Shown in pieces: positions 32,963-43,481 of a DNA stretch of 64,000 nucleotides (the stretch's first letter is position 1; the number at the start of each line of letters is the position of its first letter). The notes under the pieces are model-generated. The model was not told the DNA's origin, did not search any database, and saw only the letters and a program-made list of their open reading frames with translations. Made by a program: the position numbers and the translations under genes. This stretch comes from Calditrichia bacterium. Its GTDB lineage: Bacteria > Calditrichota > Calditrichia > JAJRVZ01. The DNA lies in contig CAWCNS010000008.1 in assembly GCA_963796965.1 (NCBI GenBank), forward strand, positions 160,001 through 224,000, read 5' to 3'.

Positions 32963-33007
32963 ATTATATAGATGGATAGGCATTATAAATAGACTTGGCT
33001 TGCCCTT

Positions 33008-34132
33008 CTAAAAACTTTCCCAATATTCCTCGTTTAATTTATCCCATTCAAATATCGAAACGCCATTTGCACCGGCCTGGTGTGCGTAATTATTTACTGT
33101 CTCCAACTCCCCAGGCGCTAAAAATGGCAGAAATATCCCGGTATAAAGTTCTTTATCATCTGAAATGGCCGCAACCCCCTCGCGCGTTGCCGTTTTGATC
33201 CAGTCAAGCCCCCGGTTATAATACTTATGATAGATCATCGGGAAGAAGGCATCAAGGTCCCATTCCTGCCAATTTTGACGAACCAATTTCCGGGCAATTT
33301 TGGGTGTCGGAAACACAGCAGCAGATATAACCTTGTTTTTTTTCCTGGCAATTTTAGCCATTGCTGATACAATTCGTGTGATATTCTGCTCACGGAAATC
33401 ACGCCAATGCAGATTCTCTGCAGGATCTTTAATCTCACTTGGATCAATTCCACGCAGATCTTTGAATTTTTGTCTGCATACGGAACAATAACAAAAATCA
33501 AATTCAGGCATTTCATGATTTTGAATGAGGTTGTATTTTGGCTGCAAACCAATTGGAAGGATTACATCCGGATAGCGAATATAGTCCAGATGAATCCCAT
33601 CCAAGCCGTCTATCTCTGCGAGTTCGGACACTATGGTTGATAAATATTCTGTTACCTCTTGCCTCGTAGGGCATAACCAGCGATAATAACCAACATAGGG
33701 TGGTGTCTCCAAGGAGGATTCCAAATTTCGATTGACATTAAACCACTCGGGATGCTCTTGTCTGATCTTATCCACATTGCACATAAGAGAAAAGATCCAG
33801 GCATGAATTTCCAGTCCTGCGGATTTAGCAAGGGGAATAAGCTCTTCCAGAAAATGACCATAGGCGGGTAAGAATTGGCTGTTATACAGCGTCTTCCGTC
33901 CATTAAATGACTGAACGAGAATAGCATCAAACCCGGCCTCACTGATCCGGGCAATATTGCCTTCCATATCGGATTTAAAATGACGGTTACCTGGGCTTAA
34001 CCATAGCCAGTTTTTTCCTTCTCCGGATAATTTTTGCCCAGAGGATATCAGGCTATTATAGGCAGAAAATCCATGACCAATGCTCATAAGACTACCAGCA
34101 ACCAAATAACTAAAAAATTCTCTTCTAAACAT
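33008..34132 (-). CDS. Glycoside hydrolase-like family 10 (GHL10/DUF187) protein with Tat-type signal
   Basis: MFRREFF twin-arginine motif; LEIHAW, WLCP, DGIHLDYIRYP, FPMIY. Confidence 0.85.
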   Translation of the reverse strand: MFRREFFSYLVAGSLMSIGHGFSAYNSLISSGQKLSGEGKNWLWLSPGNRHFKSDMEGNIARISEAGFDAILVQSFNGRKTLYNSQFLPAYGHFLEELIPLAKSAGLEIHAWIFSLMCNVDKIRQEHPEWFNVNRNLESSLETPPYVGYYRWLCPTRQEVTEYLSTIVSELAEIDGLDGIHLDYIRYPDVILPIGLQPKYNLIQNHEMPEFDFCYCSVCRQKFKDLRGIDPSEIKDPAENLHWRDFREQNITRIVSAMAKIARKKNKVISAAVFPTPKIARKLVRQNWQEWDLDAFFPMIYHKYYNRGLDWIKTATREGVAAISDDKELYTGIFLPFLAPGELETVNNYAHQAGANGVSIFEWDKLNEEYWESF

Positions 34133-36088
34133 CTAGTCATTCTCATCTGCTTCGGAAGCACTAACATGGCCTATGACGCGGCCATCATCCTTATGATCCC
34201 GTGTCATGGTTTTTAACCTTCCGAACATAGCCTTTATATCAATAAAACCGCCAATGGTAAACCAAATAGTGACAACCACAGCAAGAGCAATATTGATCAT
34301 GATATAAATATACCAGAAATCCATCCAGGCTTGATCAGATATTTCAACAACCAGACTCAGAATAGTTCCAACTGCAAAAACAAGAAACCATAACACTATC
34401 CATGTATAAGTTGCATAGTAGAGGAACTTATCTCCCTTTGTAAATTCTTTCCCGATACCAAGCATTCTCAGACCTCTGACCGGTTCCGCATTAATAACTT
34501 TGTATTCCTCTTTTATTACATACTTTCCACGATGGAGCAATTTGTCCATATCAAATTCCTGCTTTTTTCCAAGAAGGGAAACCAGAACATATACAATAAT
34601 TGCCGCAACCATGGCGATAAACCAGAAAATCTGCCCATTGATAAAAAAGTTTTCTTCTATTTGGTGGATGATAATTCCACCTACGGCTATACTCGAACCT
34701 GTGATCATGGCGCTCCAGGCAGCAGCCGTGCTGCCCCTTTTCCAATAGAGTCCGCCTATAATCACCGAACCTGATCCACCGGCATAGATGGCACCGGTAA
34801 TGGCGAAAAACATCAGGATATATTCACTTTGTTTAAAAAGAAGACTAAAGAAAAAGATAAAGACGGCTACACCCAGGATTGAAAGGCGCAATAATTTGAT
34901 ATGTTGTTTCGTCGATAATGGTTTTTTGCGCAGGGGCAGGATGACATCCTGAATAAATATACTACCCCAGGAATGCAGATATGTATCATGCGTGCTCACG
35001 AACGCTGCAAGCATTACTGCCACAAATGCACCTATTAAACCGATAGGTAATATTTGTGTCAGAACCAAAGGAACCGTTAATTGGCTTTGCAGAGCCTGAG
35101 ATTCTATTCCTTCAAGAACAGTGCTTACGTTTCCAGCATGCAGGGAAAAATCCGTGTGATTCATAACGGTAAAGGCACATATTGGGATAAGTAATAAGAA
35201 AATGATCTGTGGAATCCCGCGCCAGTTTGTCAACACGGCACCCATCTTTGCCTCGTGTGCGCTTTTGGCAGAAGTATTATATCCCTGAGTACCCTGCCAG
35301 GATAGCACGACATAAATCACCCCAAAGACGCTTATCAAAAAATACCATAAATTAAAATCTTCTGCAGAGCTCGTTTTAAACGGATTGATTAAAGATTCAT
35401 CCGTCGGAGCCTTCTGTAAAGCCTCAAAAATTTGCGAAAAATCAAAATAAAACAAAAAGAAGAAAAGAATGATTACGAATACAATATTTACGAGAGATCC
35501 CTGGATAAAATCGGTGACAATGACGGCAATCTGACCGCCGGCAAATACAAAAAGGAGGGAAATGCTCAGCAGAACCACCATCAGGAAAGCAAAAGTTGAG
35601 ATTCCTATTCCAAATACAAAAAATGTTTCCGGAAGACCTATAAAATAAATAAAAAAGTTTGCCCCAACTGCCGGAAATATGCCAAAATTAATCAAGCCCG
35701 CAAAAAAGGCTAAGATACCTGTAAAAACACGGAAATTACGGCTATAACGCTCCTCAAAGAATTGCGCCATGGTCATGGCCCTGGTTTGCCTGAATCGGTA
35801 GACCACCCAACCGGAAACGGTAATAATCAGTACAACAACAGCCATACTTAATCCCCACCAAGTCATCGGCAAACCGGCCTTGTAGTTCATCTCAAAGTTT
35901 GCCACTATGGTGATGGCACCTAACGCAGCAATCCACTGCCCTACACTAACGAGATAGCGCCCGGCTGTTCTCCCCGCTGCCAAAAAATCGGCAACACTTT
36001 GCATAAACTTTTTACTTATCAAGATCCCACCGCTCATGACGATGAAAATGAATAAAACAATGGCCCAGTCTATCCAGGTTAAATTCAA
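34133..36088 (-). CDS. Sodium:solute symporter (SSS) family transporter, paralog 2
   Basis: DFLAAGRTAGRY, EERYS, TDFIQG, AAFVSTHDTY; aligns end to end with 23394..25310. Confidence 0.92.
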   Translation of the reverse strand: MNLTWIDWAIVLFIFIVMSGGILISKKFMQSVADFLAAGRTAGRYLVSVGQWIAALGAITIVANFEMNYKAGLPMTWWGLSMAVVVLIITVSGWVVYRFRQTRAMTMAQFFEERYSRNFRVFTGILAFFAGLINFGIFPAVGANFFIYFIGLPETFFVFGIGISTFAFLMVVLLSISLLFVFAGGQIAVIVTDFIQGSLVNIVFVIILFFFLFYFDFSQIFEALQKAPTDESLINPFKTSSAEDFNLWYFLISVFGVIYVVLSWQGTQGYNTSAKSAHEAKMGAVLTNWRGIPQIIFLLLIPICAFTVMNHTDFSLHAGNVSTVLEGIESQALQSQLTVPLVLTQILPIGLIGAFVAVMLAAFVSTHDTYLHSWGSIFIQDVILPLRKKPLSTKQHIKLLRLSILGVAVFIFFFSLLFKQSEYILMFFAITGAIYAGGSGSVIIGGLYWKRGSTAAAWSAMITGSSIAVGGIIIHQIEENFFINGQIFWFIAMVAAIIVYVLVSLLGKKQEFDMDKLLHRGKYVIKEEYKVINAEPVRGLRMLGIGKEFTKGDKFLYYATYTWIVLWFLVFAVGTILSLVVEISDQAWMDFWYIYIMINIALAVVVTIWFTIGGFIDIKAMFGRLKTMTRDHKDDGRVIGHVSASEADEND

Positions 36089-36142
36089 AACATTCTCCTT
36101 TCTATGGTTTATATTAATTCACAAACCAATAGACCAAATCTT

Positions 36143-36281
36143 TTTTTCTCGCAAAGGCGCAGAGACGCAAAGAAATTATTTTAATAAATACTAACAAAAT
36201 TTATATTTTGAAAAATCTAATTCTAATAAATTAGAAAAATAGATTTTTTCTCTGCGGCTTTGCGCCTCTGCGAGAGAAAAA
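36143..36281. repeat. Inverted repeat of CGCAAAG/CGCAGAG units
   Basis: ttttctcgcaaaggcgcagagacgcaaag ... ctctgcggctttgcgcctctgcgagagaaaa. Confidence 0.85.
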
Positions 36282-36297
36282 TATTTCGCACATTTAA

Positions 36298-37386
36298 TCA
36301 TTTTTTCCAGATTTTGCCATCCTGAATGATTACCCAGGATTCACTCTTATCTTCACTCTCCAGGATTGCCTCCCAGGTATGAACTGTCGTACTAATCTTT
36401 GGTGGCCAGATATATCCTTTTACAGTATAATCTGATAATCCCAGTTTATTGATATCGTTAGAATACGTCCCATGCTTGGCCGAATGTGTTTTTTGTCGAT
36501 AATACACCTGACGCAATGCCCACTTGGCATTTTCTTCGGGATTAAATTTAAATTCCGATTTTCCTTCTCCTGCAACTTTATTCGAGAATTGTACAAAACC
36601 CCATAACTCCGGATAATGCATATTGATCACACCCTGAGGTGACCAGACCCAGTTATCTTCCGGAAAGGGCCTGCCCGTTTTTGGATTTATTACTTTTTCA
36701 TATCGGCCATTATCATAATGTGTTTTCCATTCCACCCGCGAAAATCCAACCCGCCATTGATTTCCATCTTCAGGTGGAGATGGTTTGTTGGCCGCTTCTT
36801 TCATCACCTCCCAGGGAATGGCAATCTCCAGATTCCAGCCCTTATCTTTATCTTTTGGATTATTTATGGTACCATGAACCTGAACGGCCGATTTCATTCC
36901 TCTTAGATCCCAGAAGAATAACGGTCTGGCCTCATCACGGTAGGGCTTGTCAAGGAACAGATCCCATTCTGTACTATAAGCATTGATTTCCAATTCATAA
37001 TACTGATGTGTATCTCCGTCCGGATCGATAAAAACCTCAAAGTCATTATCATAAAAAATCACTGTATCCCGTTGCACCAATTTAGCCCAAACATGGGGCT
37101 CTTCCATTTCAGCGAAAACATAGAAGAATTCATCATCCCAGAGCATCTTCGCGCGGGTTTTATAGCGGGGTTCGGGTTTGGAAGGTCCTTCAATATCCAC
37201 AAAATAGTCTGTAAATGCTGCCTCACCCCAACTGGCTTCATCCATTTTCCCATCTATATTGAGTGGTTTATCTGTTCGGTAACACACATATTGTTTTGGC
37301 GCAAAGTCAATAATCGGTTCAGGAAGTGGTTTTTCTTCTGCGGTTAAACAACCGGCTAAAAAAAGTGTCAATAAAATATAGCGCAT
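36298..37386 (-). CDS. Carbohydrate-binding family 9-like (CBM9/DOMON-like) protein
   Basis: IDGKMDEASW, TRAKMLWDD, DNDFEVFIDP, YYELEIN, WNLEIAIPW, WVWSPQG..MHYPELWG. Confidence 0.85.
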   Translation of the reverse strand: MRYILLTLFLAGCLTAEEKPLPEPIIDFAPKQYVCYRTDKPLNIDGKMDEASWGEAAFTDYFVDIEGPSKPEPRYKTRAKMLWDDEFFYVFAEMEEPHVWAKLVQRDTVIFYDNDFEVFIDPDGDTHQYYELEINAYSTEWDLFLDKPYRDEARPLFFWDLRGMKSAVQVHGTINNPKDKDKGWNLEIAIPWEVMKEAANKPSPPEDGNQWRVGFSRVEWKTHYDNGRYEKVINPKTGRPFPEDNWVWSPQGVINMHYPELWGFVQFSNKVAGEGKSEFKFNPEENAKWALRQVYYRQKTHSAKHGTYSNDINKLGLSDYTVKGYIWPPKISTTVHTWEAILESEDKSESWVIIQDGKIWKK

Positions 37387-37526
37387 TTTTTCTACCTCTA
37401 TTTTTAATAACTTTTATGTTTTAAACCGTACAGTTCAGAGTATAAAGTATTAATTCACGCAAAGCCGCCATGATGCAAATTTAGTCCATACCAATATATC
37501 ACAAATTTCACAACATTTGCACGAAT

Positions 37527-37626
37527 TGTCATATTGAACTTGTTTCAGTTATCAGTTATAAACTATACCCTATATAGATTCCGAAATCTTGAAACAAGTT
37601 CAGTGCCAGGCAAGTTCGGAATGACA
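37527..37626. repeat. REP-like pair of TGTCAT..GAACTTGTTTC / GAAACAAGTTC..ATGACA type
   Basis: tgtcatattgaacttgtttcag ... agattccgaaatcttgaaacaagttcagtgccaggcaagttcggaatgaca. Confidence 0.7.
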
Positions 37627-37752
37627 TTCGGATTTAAAATTAACATTTGTGTTTAAAATCTTTTTCTGTCTTTTAGGCTAATCTCTAGCCTTTCTATATC
37701 TACTTTGTGAACTTTGTACTTATTATTTTCTGATTCGTTTTTTATTGATCTG

Positions 37753-40297
37753 CTACTCCGGTGGCTTATCCATATACTCAAAAGCATAATTCAACTCAAG
37801 AGTTTCACCTTTTTTAAGTTCCACGGGTACCGTTTCCAATTCGAGATTAAATAATTCAAATTCCGGTACCCACCAGGTTCTCAACTTTGCGATATATTTA
37901 GGATCATAGGTTTGGAGAATACCAAACTTTGATTTATGATTATAAAAGGCATATTTTCCGCCATCTTTAGCATCAATAAGAAGACGACTATCAGGTCCTT
38001 CGTCATTCACCAGGTTTTTATTGAATACAACCCATTCATTATTATAATAAACATACCCGGTCAGAATATCTGAATCATTCGTAGACGTTGCCGCATCAAA
38101 TTCGGGATGAACGATTATCTGATGGGATTGTGCAGGTCCCCTTTTTTGTCTGATTGATGACTGACAGATTATTTTTTTAGATCCATCTTGAGGTAGACTT
38201 ATTTTACGTGTATAATCAGCCCCGGAAGATAGGTCTCTTTTTAAAATCATTGTGTTATTCTTTATCTTCACCTCAAATGCGGGTTGGGGAGCATTATGAT
38301 CAGGATCCTTTTCCAGCCATTCATCAAACGCACCAAACATCAGGTTATTTTTGAGACCACTGACCAGGTTGCGATTTGTTGGTTTATAATAAATTTCAAC
38401 CATCTTGCCATTATCTTTGTGCATCACGGAGAGGCGCCAAAACTCATTTTCAATCTGTGCAACAGGTATACCTTCAACATATTTTTCACGAAGTGTTTCT
38501 TCGAAATTTGTAAATCTCTTACGTTCATCCGGCATGGTTAGATTATGCTTTTTAGCTGAATTTGATATAGGTCTCCACAACATCACCATATTTTGCCGGA
38601 TACTGTTTGCGCAAGCGGCCATTCGAGATGCTAAATGCTGTTCCTGCTTCTAAAACGGATCGATAGGCAGCAATTGAAACTTTTTCGACACGCTCCCGGA
38701 CAACCTTGTTTTCTGTCTCAGATAAAGCCTCTTGAAAGTAGTCATATATTTTTGCGACATAATCCGGCGTTAATCCCAGTTCTCGCGGAGAAGCAAAACA
38801 TCCGGGATGAATACCTTTCTCCTCTGCTTCGTCATGGATCATTGTCAAATATCTAAGAATTACAGGAGCCGCTTTTCCATAATGTAGTTCGCAGAATTCT
38901 TCCAATTCATCCCATCCATCCCTTTTGGGATCCCAAAGACATCGCGAGATAACATAATTTCGCAGATCACTAAAATCACCGCTGGTGCTGCCTCCATGGG
39001 CCTGGGCAAAAACACCTTTCACACCTTTTTTTGCAAACAAATTGATGTTTTTTCCCACGGCCCGAAGGTTAGGAAAAGGAAGATCATAATAACGAAAATC
39101 AGTCGTATAAGTCCAGATATATAACTGATCGGTAATCTTGCTCCAATCATCTATCTCTGCCATAATTGGTCTGTTCTTTGGACAGTTGGGATCGTCAAGT
39201 GCATGCAATCGACAGGACTCAATGTCAGCAAACTGAATCTGGACGTTTTTTCTTGGTTTAATTGTCGCGGGAGGTTTGCGGGTATACCAGTAAGATAACG
39301 TTCCTACCATTATGTTTGGATACTGTTTCTCGACTTCTTCAGCGATTTTGTTCACAAAAGCCAGATGGGCCCCCATGGGAGAGCCTTCTTTTTTATTAAT
39401 TGCTTCACAATTTTCACAACGGCAATAGGCCGCATTATCATTCTGGCTCACACTGACATTTGCTCTATCGGGATTTTTTTCGATCTCCTCTAAAACCGCC
39501 TGAGTGACAATTTTAATAACATCGGGATTTGTAACACATGGTTCCGGTCCCCCGCCCCACATCTTGGTTTTCCGCTCCCCCCGAACCAGGGCAAAATATT
39601 CCGGATGTTGTTCACCATATTTTTCCACAGGAAGTTGGCGACGCAAACTGTGGTTTACAAGACGCTGGGAGGCGATACCACCCAATTTTTCAGCTTCTGT
39701 CACCGTATTGACACGAAGCCGGGCGGCAAACTCAGGATTAAACTTATTCTCGCCATAATAACTCCAGCGGAAATTAAAAACCGGCTGATATCGAAACTCG
39801 CCGGATGGAAGCGTACGTTCTTTTATATCATCCGGAAAATGGGTATGATCTTTGGTCAGGAACCTGACATCAAGATAGCGTTCAAAAAATTCGTATACCG
39901 CATACAGGGTTCCCCTGGGCCGTCCGCCAGCAAGGGCAATATTATTTCTATCAATTCTGATGCATAATTCCTCTTCCCCAAAATTATCCACAGAAAAACC
40001 AGCAGAACTGCTTTCCATCTGAGGTGAATAACCAATATAGATATGATGTTTATCAGTATGTGGGTCAGATGTAATCGGCAAATTCTGCCCAACAGCTTCC
40101 AAAAAAAGAGAATGGAATTCTTCTGCTGCATACCGTTCGCTGGGTATGGCCTCTTTCGAGACTACAATCTCCCAGTCCGATAGAGAGGCGACAGGGATCC
40201 CATCCTTTAGGCATGAGATACTATTTACAAGAAATAAAATGGATATGAGAAAAAGGATTATGGATTTTAATCCGGAGAATTGTTTAAGAGGCATCAT
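37753..40297 (-). CDS. DUF4838 domain protein (putative glycoside hydrolase-like, ~847 aa), split by a +1 frameshift near 38560
   Basis: GGRPRGTLYAVYEFFE, HPEYFALVRG, PCVTNPDV, SQNDNAAYCRCENC, LSYWYTRKPP, LRNYVISRCLWDP; removing one A restores YINSAKKHNLTM. Confidence 0.8.
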
Positions 40298-40537
40298 GTG
40301 ATATCCCAAAATCAACGATTTGCGAAGAGAAAACTATATATCTGTCAAATGGATTAATTAGGTTGATAAACGGTAGAACTTTTTGTTTTTTTTCAATAAA
40401 TACTAACTGAATCCTGATATTAAAAAATACTAAAGCAATAATCAATAATTATTCATTTAATTATATAAATATCTTGGTGATAAATCAGGGAAATTGTTAG
40501 AAATATGTTTGATATACCGGGATAGTAGTTTCATTTT

Positions 40538-40713
40538 GTAACGACGCGATTAATCGCGTCGCAACCACAATATAAATGGAAATGAGCGCTTTTTTTCTGA
40601 AACCACCCTTTTGTACCAACACAACAATTCGGACACCCACAATAAAACCAATAGGGATAAAAAGTCCTTTTTTTAAATATCATTTGCACCGGCACGATTA
40701 ATCGCGCCGCTAC
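40538..40713. repeat. Doublet of 28-bp REP palindromes (G.CRCGATTAATCGCG.C)
   Basis: gtaacgacgcgattaatcgcgtcgcaac (40538-40565) and gcaccggcacgattaatcgcgccgctac (40686-40713). Confidence 0.85.
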
Positions 40714-40870
40714 CTAAAATGCATCGGAATTGGATAATTTTTTGAATTTTATATTTCCCTTCCCTGACAGAAGATGGGAGAAGTGATGTGTAGAATCTTA
40801 TGATGTTTTTTGGTGAATTTGCGAGCGGCGTTTATTTTTATGTATGGCGGGTTCAGGGGACAAGAGAAAT

Positions 40871-43108
40871 CTATTTTATTACAAACTCAACCTTCTTATC
40901 CGCTTGCCTGGTAGAAATCTTATCCTCGACTGTAATTATTAGTTGGTAGCGGCCATTGTCCCGGTCCTGAAGATCAAGATTGAAGTAAACTTTATCATCA
41001 CGTGTAGTGCCATCATATTCCAATGTCGATATTATTGATTCTTTCTCACCACCAAACAAGTTCCCAAAAAATTCCCCTATCGGTTCGAACAAAGATGTTC
41101 CACTAAGATCATCGATCTTACTTAAAGTCCATTTAATAATAAAATGGGTTCTGTCATTCGGATCATACAACAGGTTATATACTTCAAAATAAAGGCCAAG
41201 ATTTTCCTGTTGTTTAAATGGGGTAAACATGTGTGGGCTATAAATAACATTACCTTTTTTGAAAACCGCTTTACTATTGCCTGTTTTTATTTGTGCCGAA
41301 AGAAGAATATCACTTACCGCCAAAGAATCGTCATGATAATCCGGAATCTGATAGCTATTTTTAAACAGACCGGATTTGGCACTGTTTTCATCCCTCACAT
41401 AAAATTCATAAAAATAATTACCCGGTGGAGCATTAAAGTGTTCCATGCGCATAACAACACTACCCTCCCATGTTTCCTGATCTAATGATATGGGTAATTG
41501 ATCTTCCTTCTTCGCCATAAATACTTTGTTCCATTTATGATCATAAATGCCAATAAATTTTGCAAGCTTCAAATATTTTCGTCTGCCATTAAATTTTAAC
41601 TCAATATCCATTCCCTGAAGACCATAATACAATTCTACATGTGTTTCTCCACTCTCTCCCTTAAAACTTAAAAACTTGAAGGGTACGTTAAGAGGCTCCG
41701 TTTCAATTTTAAAACCAGATGTTTCTGAACGAATCCCTACTTTTGCATATTCTTTATTTTCTTCATCCATGAGTCGATAATACACCAAAAGATCATTGGT
41801 TTCTAAATCTTCATTACGGGTTGGATCGAGAAACATGTAGGGGTTTCCTAATTCCCCACGATTTTCAAAATAGCTGGGCATTGATTCCATCATCCATCCC
41901 CGGGAGGTGCCATGTTGTATAAAATGGAATATCATCTCCGGACGATTATATGTTTTATAATAATGCCAGGAGAAATTCAAAATACAATCCTCACAAAGAT
42001 GGTTTATTCTATTATCAGGTTCTCCATGACGCACATAAATAAGTCCCATATCATCTAAATCCCGGTCTACGGCTAAGGGCTTATATACCAGAGGGCTTAA
42101 AAGGGTATCTCCAATAGTGACGCCATATTTTCTATGTGGGTGGGAAAATTTGTATATCTTAAAATTACTCTTTTTATCTCCGAGATGAATATATCGGCGG
42201 TAATGTTTGCGTGCATAGAAGATTCTGTTGTAATGTTCAGGAATTCGTTTGTTAAAATCATTAGCAAGATGGGGATTTCGTGATCTCCAGAATCGATCAA
42301 AAAACGACCTCATTTGTGAAACATTCAGTCTCTCAAACTCCTCATATTCAATATCAGAAATTATATATTGTATATCCGAAAGAAATAATTTCTTCTCTTG
42401 TACATTTTTTATCGAGTTGACAGCCTGCCAGTAATAGGCAAAGCCTCGCTTTAATTGATCGATCTTAAAACAATTCTTTGCCCTTAAAAGATTTAACTGA
42501 CATATAGAGATTATTAAACCGGGTCGATCCAGGCTATTCAGGATGGCCAGGCTTATTTCAAAATTTCCAAGGTTATAATACAATCGTGCTAAATCAAATC
42601 GAATTTCCATGTTTACCGGGAATCGATCCAAAAGAGTATCTATAACAGATACTGCCCGTCCTTCTTCGCTATTCCAGAAAGCGAAAGCAATAAAGCGCTC
42701 GTATAAATCTTTATTATTCGGATTGTTACGTAATCCCGCCGCCAAAATATTAAAGGCCTCAACCGAAGGTGGTATACTATTTCGCTCCATGAAGAGGGCC
42801 AATTCAATCCAGGCATCCGTTAGTTTAGGATTTAATTTCACCGCTTTGCGTAAATTATCTTCGGCATCTTCGTCTGAGGAATCTTCCTGGAGAGAGACCA
42901 AGGCCAGCCCATAATAGGCCTTGGCAAATGTATCATCTTTCTTTATGATGCTGGAAAATTGAATTTCAGCTGAGTCAGTATTGCCAGCCTGTAAGTGCCT
43001 AAGCCCTAGTTCATAGGAAGCCTGCCACCAGGTGCTGTCTATATCTCCAGCGTAAACGAGCGAGGAAAGGATTATTATAAAAAGGATATGTGAATAGCGA
43101 ATTATCAT
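40871..43108 (-). CDS. TPR + GWxTD-like domain secreted protein
   Basis: Signal peptide, N-terminal TPRs, 'FFDRFWRSRNP...NKRIPEHYNRIFYA', 'DDMGLIYVRHGEPD', C-terminal LAVSDILL Ig-like domains. Confidence 0.8.
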   Translation of the reverse strand: MIIRYSHILFIIILSSLVYAGDIDSTWWQASYELGLRHLQAGNTDSAEIQFSSIIKKDDTFAKAYYGLALVSLQEDSSDEDAEDNLRKAVKLNPKLTDAWIELALFMERNSIPPSVEAFNILAAGLRNNPNNKDLYERFIAFAFWNSEEGRAVSVIDTLLDRFPVNMEIRFDLARLYYNLGNFEISLAILNSLDRPGLIISICQLNLLRAKNCFKIDQLKRGFAYYWQAVNSIKNVQEKKLFLSDIQYIISDIEYEEFERLNVSQMRSFFDRFWRSRNPHLANDFNKRIPEHYNRIFYARKHYRRYIHLGDKKSNFKIYKFSHPHRKYGVTIGDTLLSPLVYKPLAVDRDLDDMGLIYVRHGEPDNRINHLCEDCILNFSWHYYKTYNRPEMIFHFIQHGTSRGWMMESMPSYFENRGELGNPYMFLDPTRNEDLETNDLLVYYRLMDEENKEYAKVGIRSETSGFKIETEPLNVPFKFLSFKGESGETHVELYYGLQGMDIELKFNGRRKYLKLAKFIGIYDHKWNKVFMAKKEDQLPISLDQETWEGSVVMRMEHFNAPPGNYFYEFYVRDENSAKSGLFKNSYQIPDYHDDSLAVSDILLSAQIKTGNSKAVFKKGNVIYSPHMFTPFKQQENLGLYFEVYNLLYDPNDRTHFIIKWTLSKIDDLSGTSLFEPIGEFFGNLFGGEKESIISTLEYDGTTRDDKVYFNLDLQDRDNGRYQLIITVEDKISTRQADKKVEFVIK

Positions 43109-43151
43109 AAATAATTAGATAAAATGTATTTTTTATTACTAGGTCGTAAAT

Positions 43152-43179
43152 GGAGCGACGCGATTAATCGCGCCGTTAC
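43152..43179. repeat. Third copy of the 28-bp REP palindrome
   Basis: ggagcgacgcgattaatcgcgccgttac. Confidence 0.85.
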
Positions 43180-43272
43180 ATTTACGTGATATGAAAAATA
43201 TTTTTAGCAATATCCACCATAGGTAAAATAGAGTAATTATTTGATATTTAACAACTTAAATACCTCTTGTTA

Positions 43273-43356
43273 TTCCCCATCAGGGAATCCTATTATGTGC
43301 TTTCACCATTCCCGGAGCGTTGCTCCGGGCTTTACTCTTTTTCTCCTTCGGAGAAA
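43273..43356. repeat. Multi-hairpin REP-like element
   Basis: ttccccatcagggaa; cccggagcgttgctccggg; tttctccttcggagaaa. Confidence 0.6.
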
Positions 43357-43481
43357 GTTTATCAGCCCGATTTTGTTTCTGAGATCTAAACCACTATATA
43401 ATCAGTAAGATATTAAGTGAATTTGAATCCCAATAAAAATACGAAGCAATTCTTCGGCGTTTATTAAGGAGGGATATTATC

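Noticed and set aside
36143..36281. c-di-GMP-I riboswitch suggested by GCAAA...GACGCAAAG
   Set aside because: The motif is one arm of a dispersed inverted-repeat family with a complementary arm downstream, and the riboswitch P2 stem is absent.
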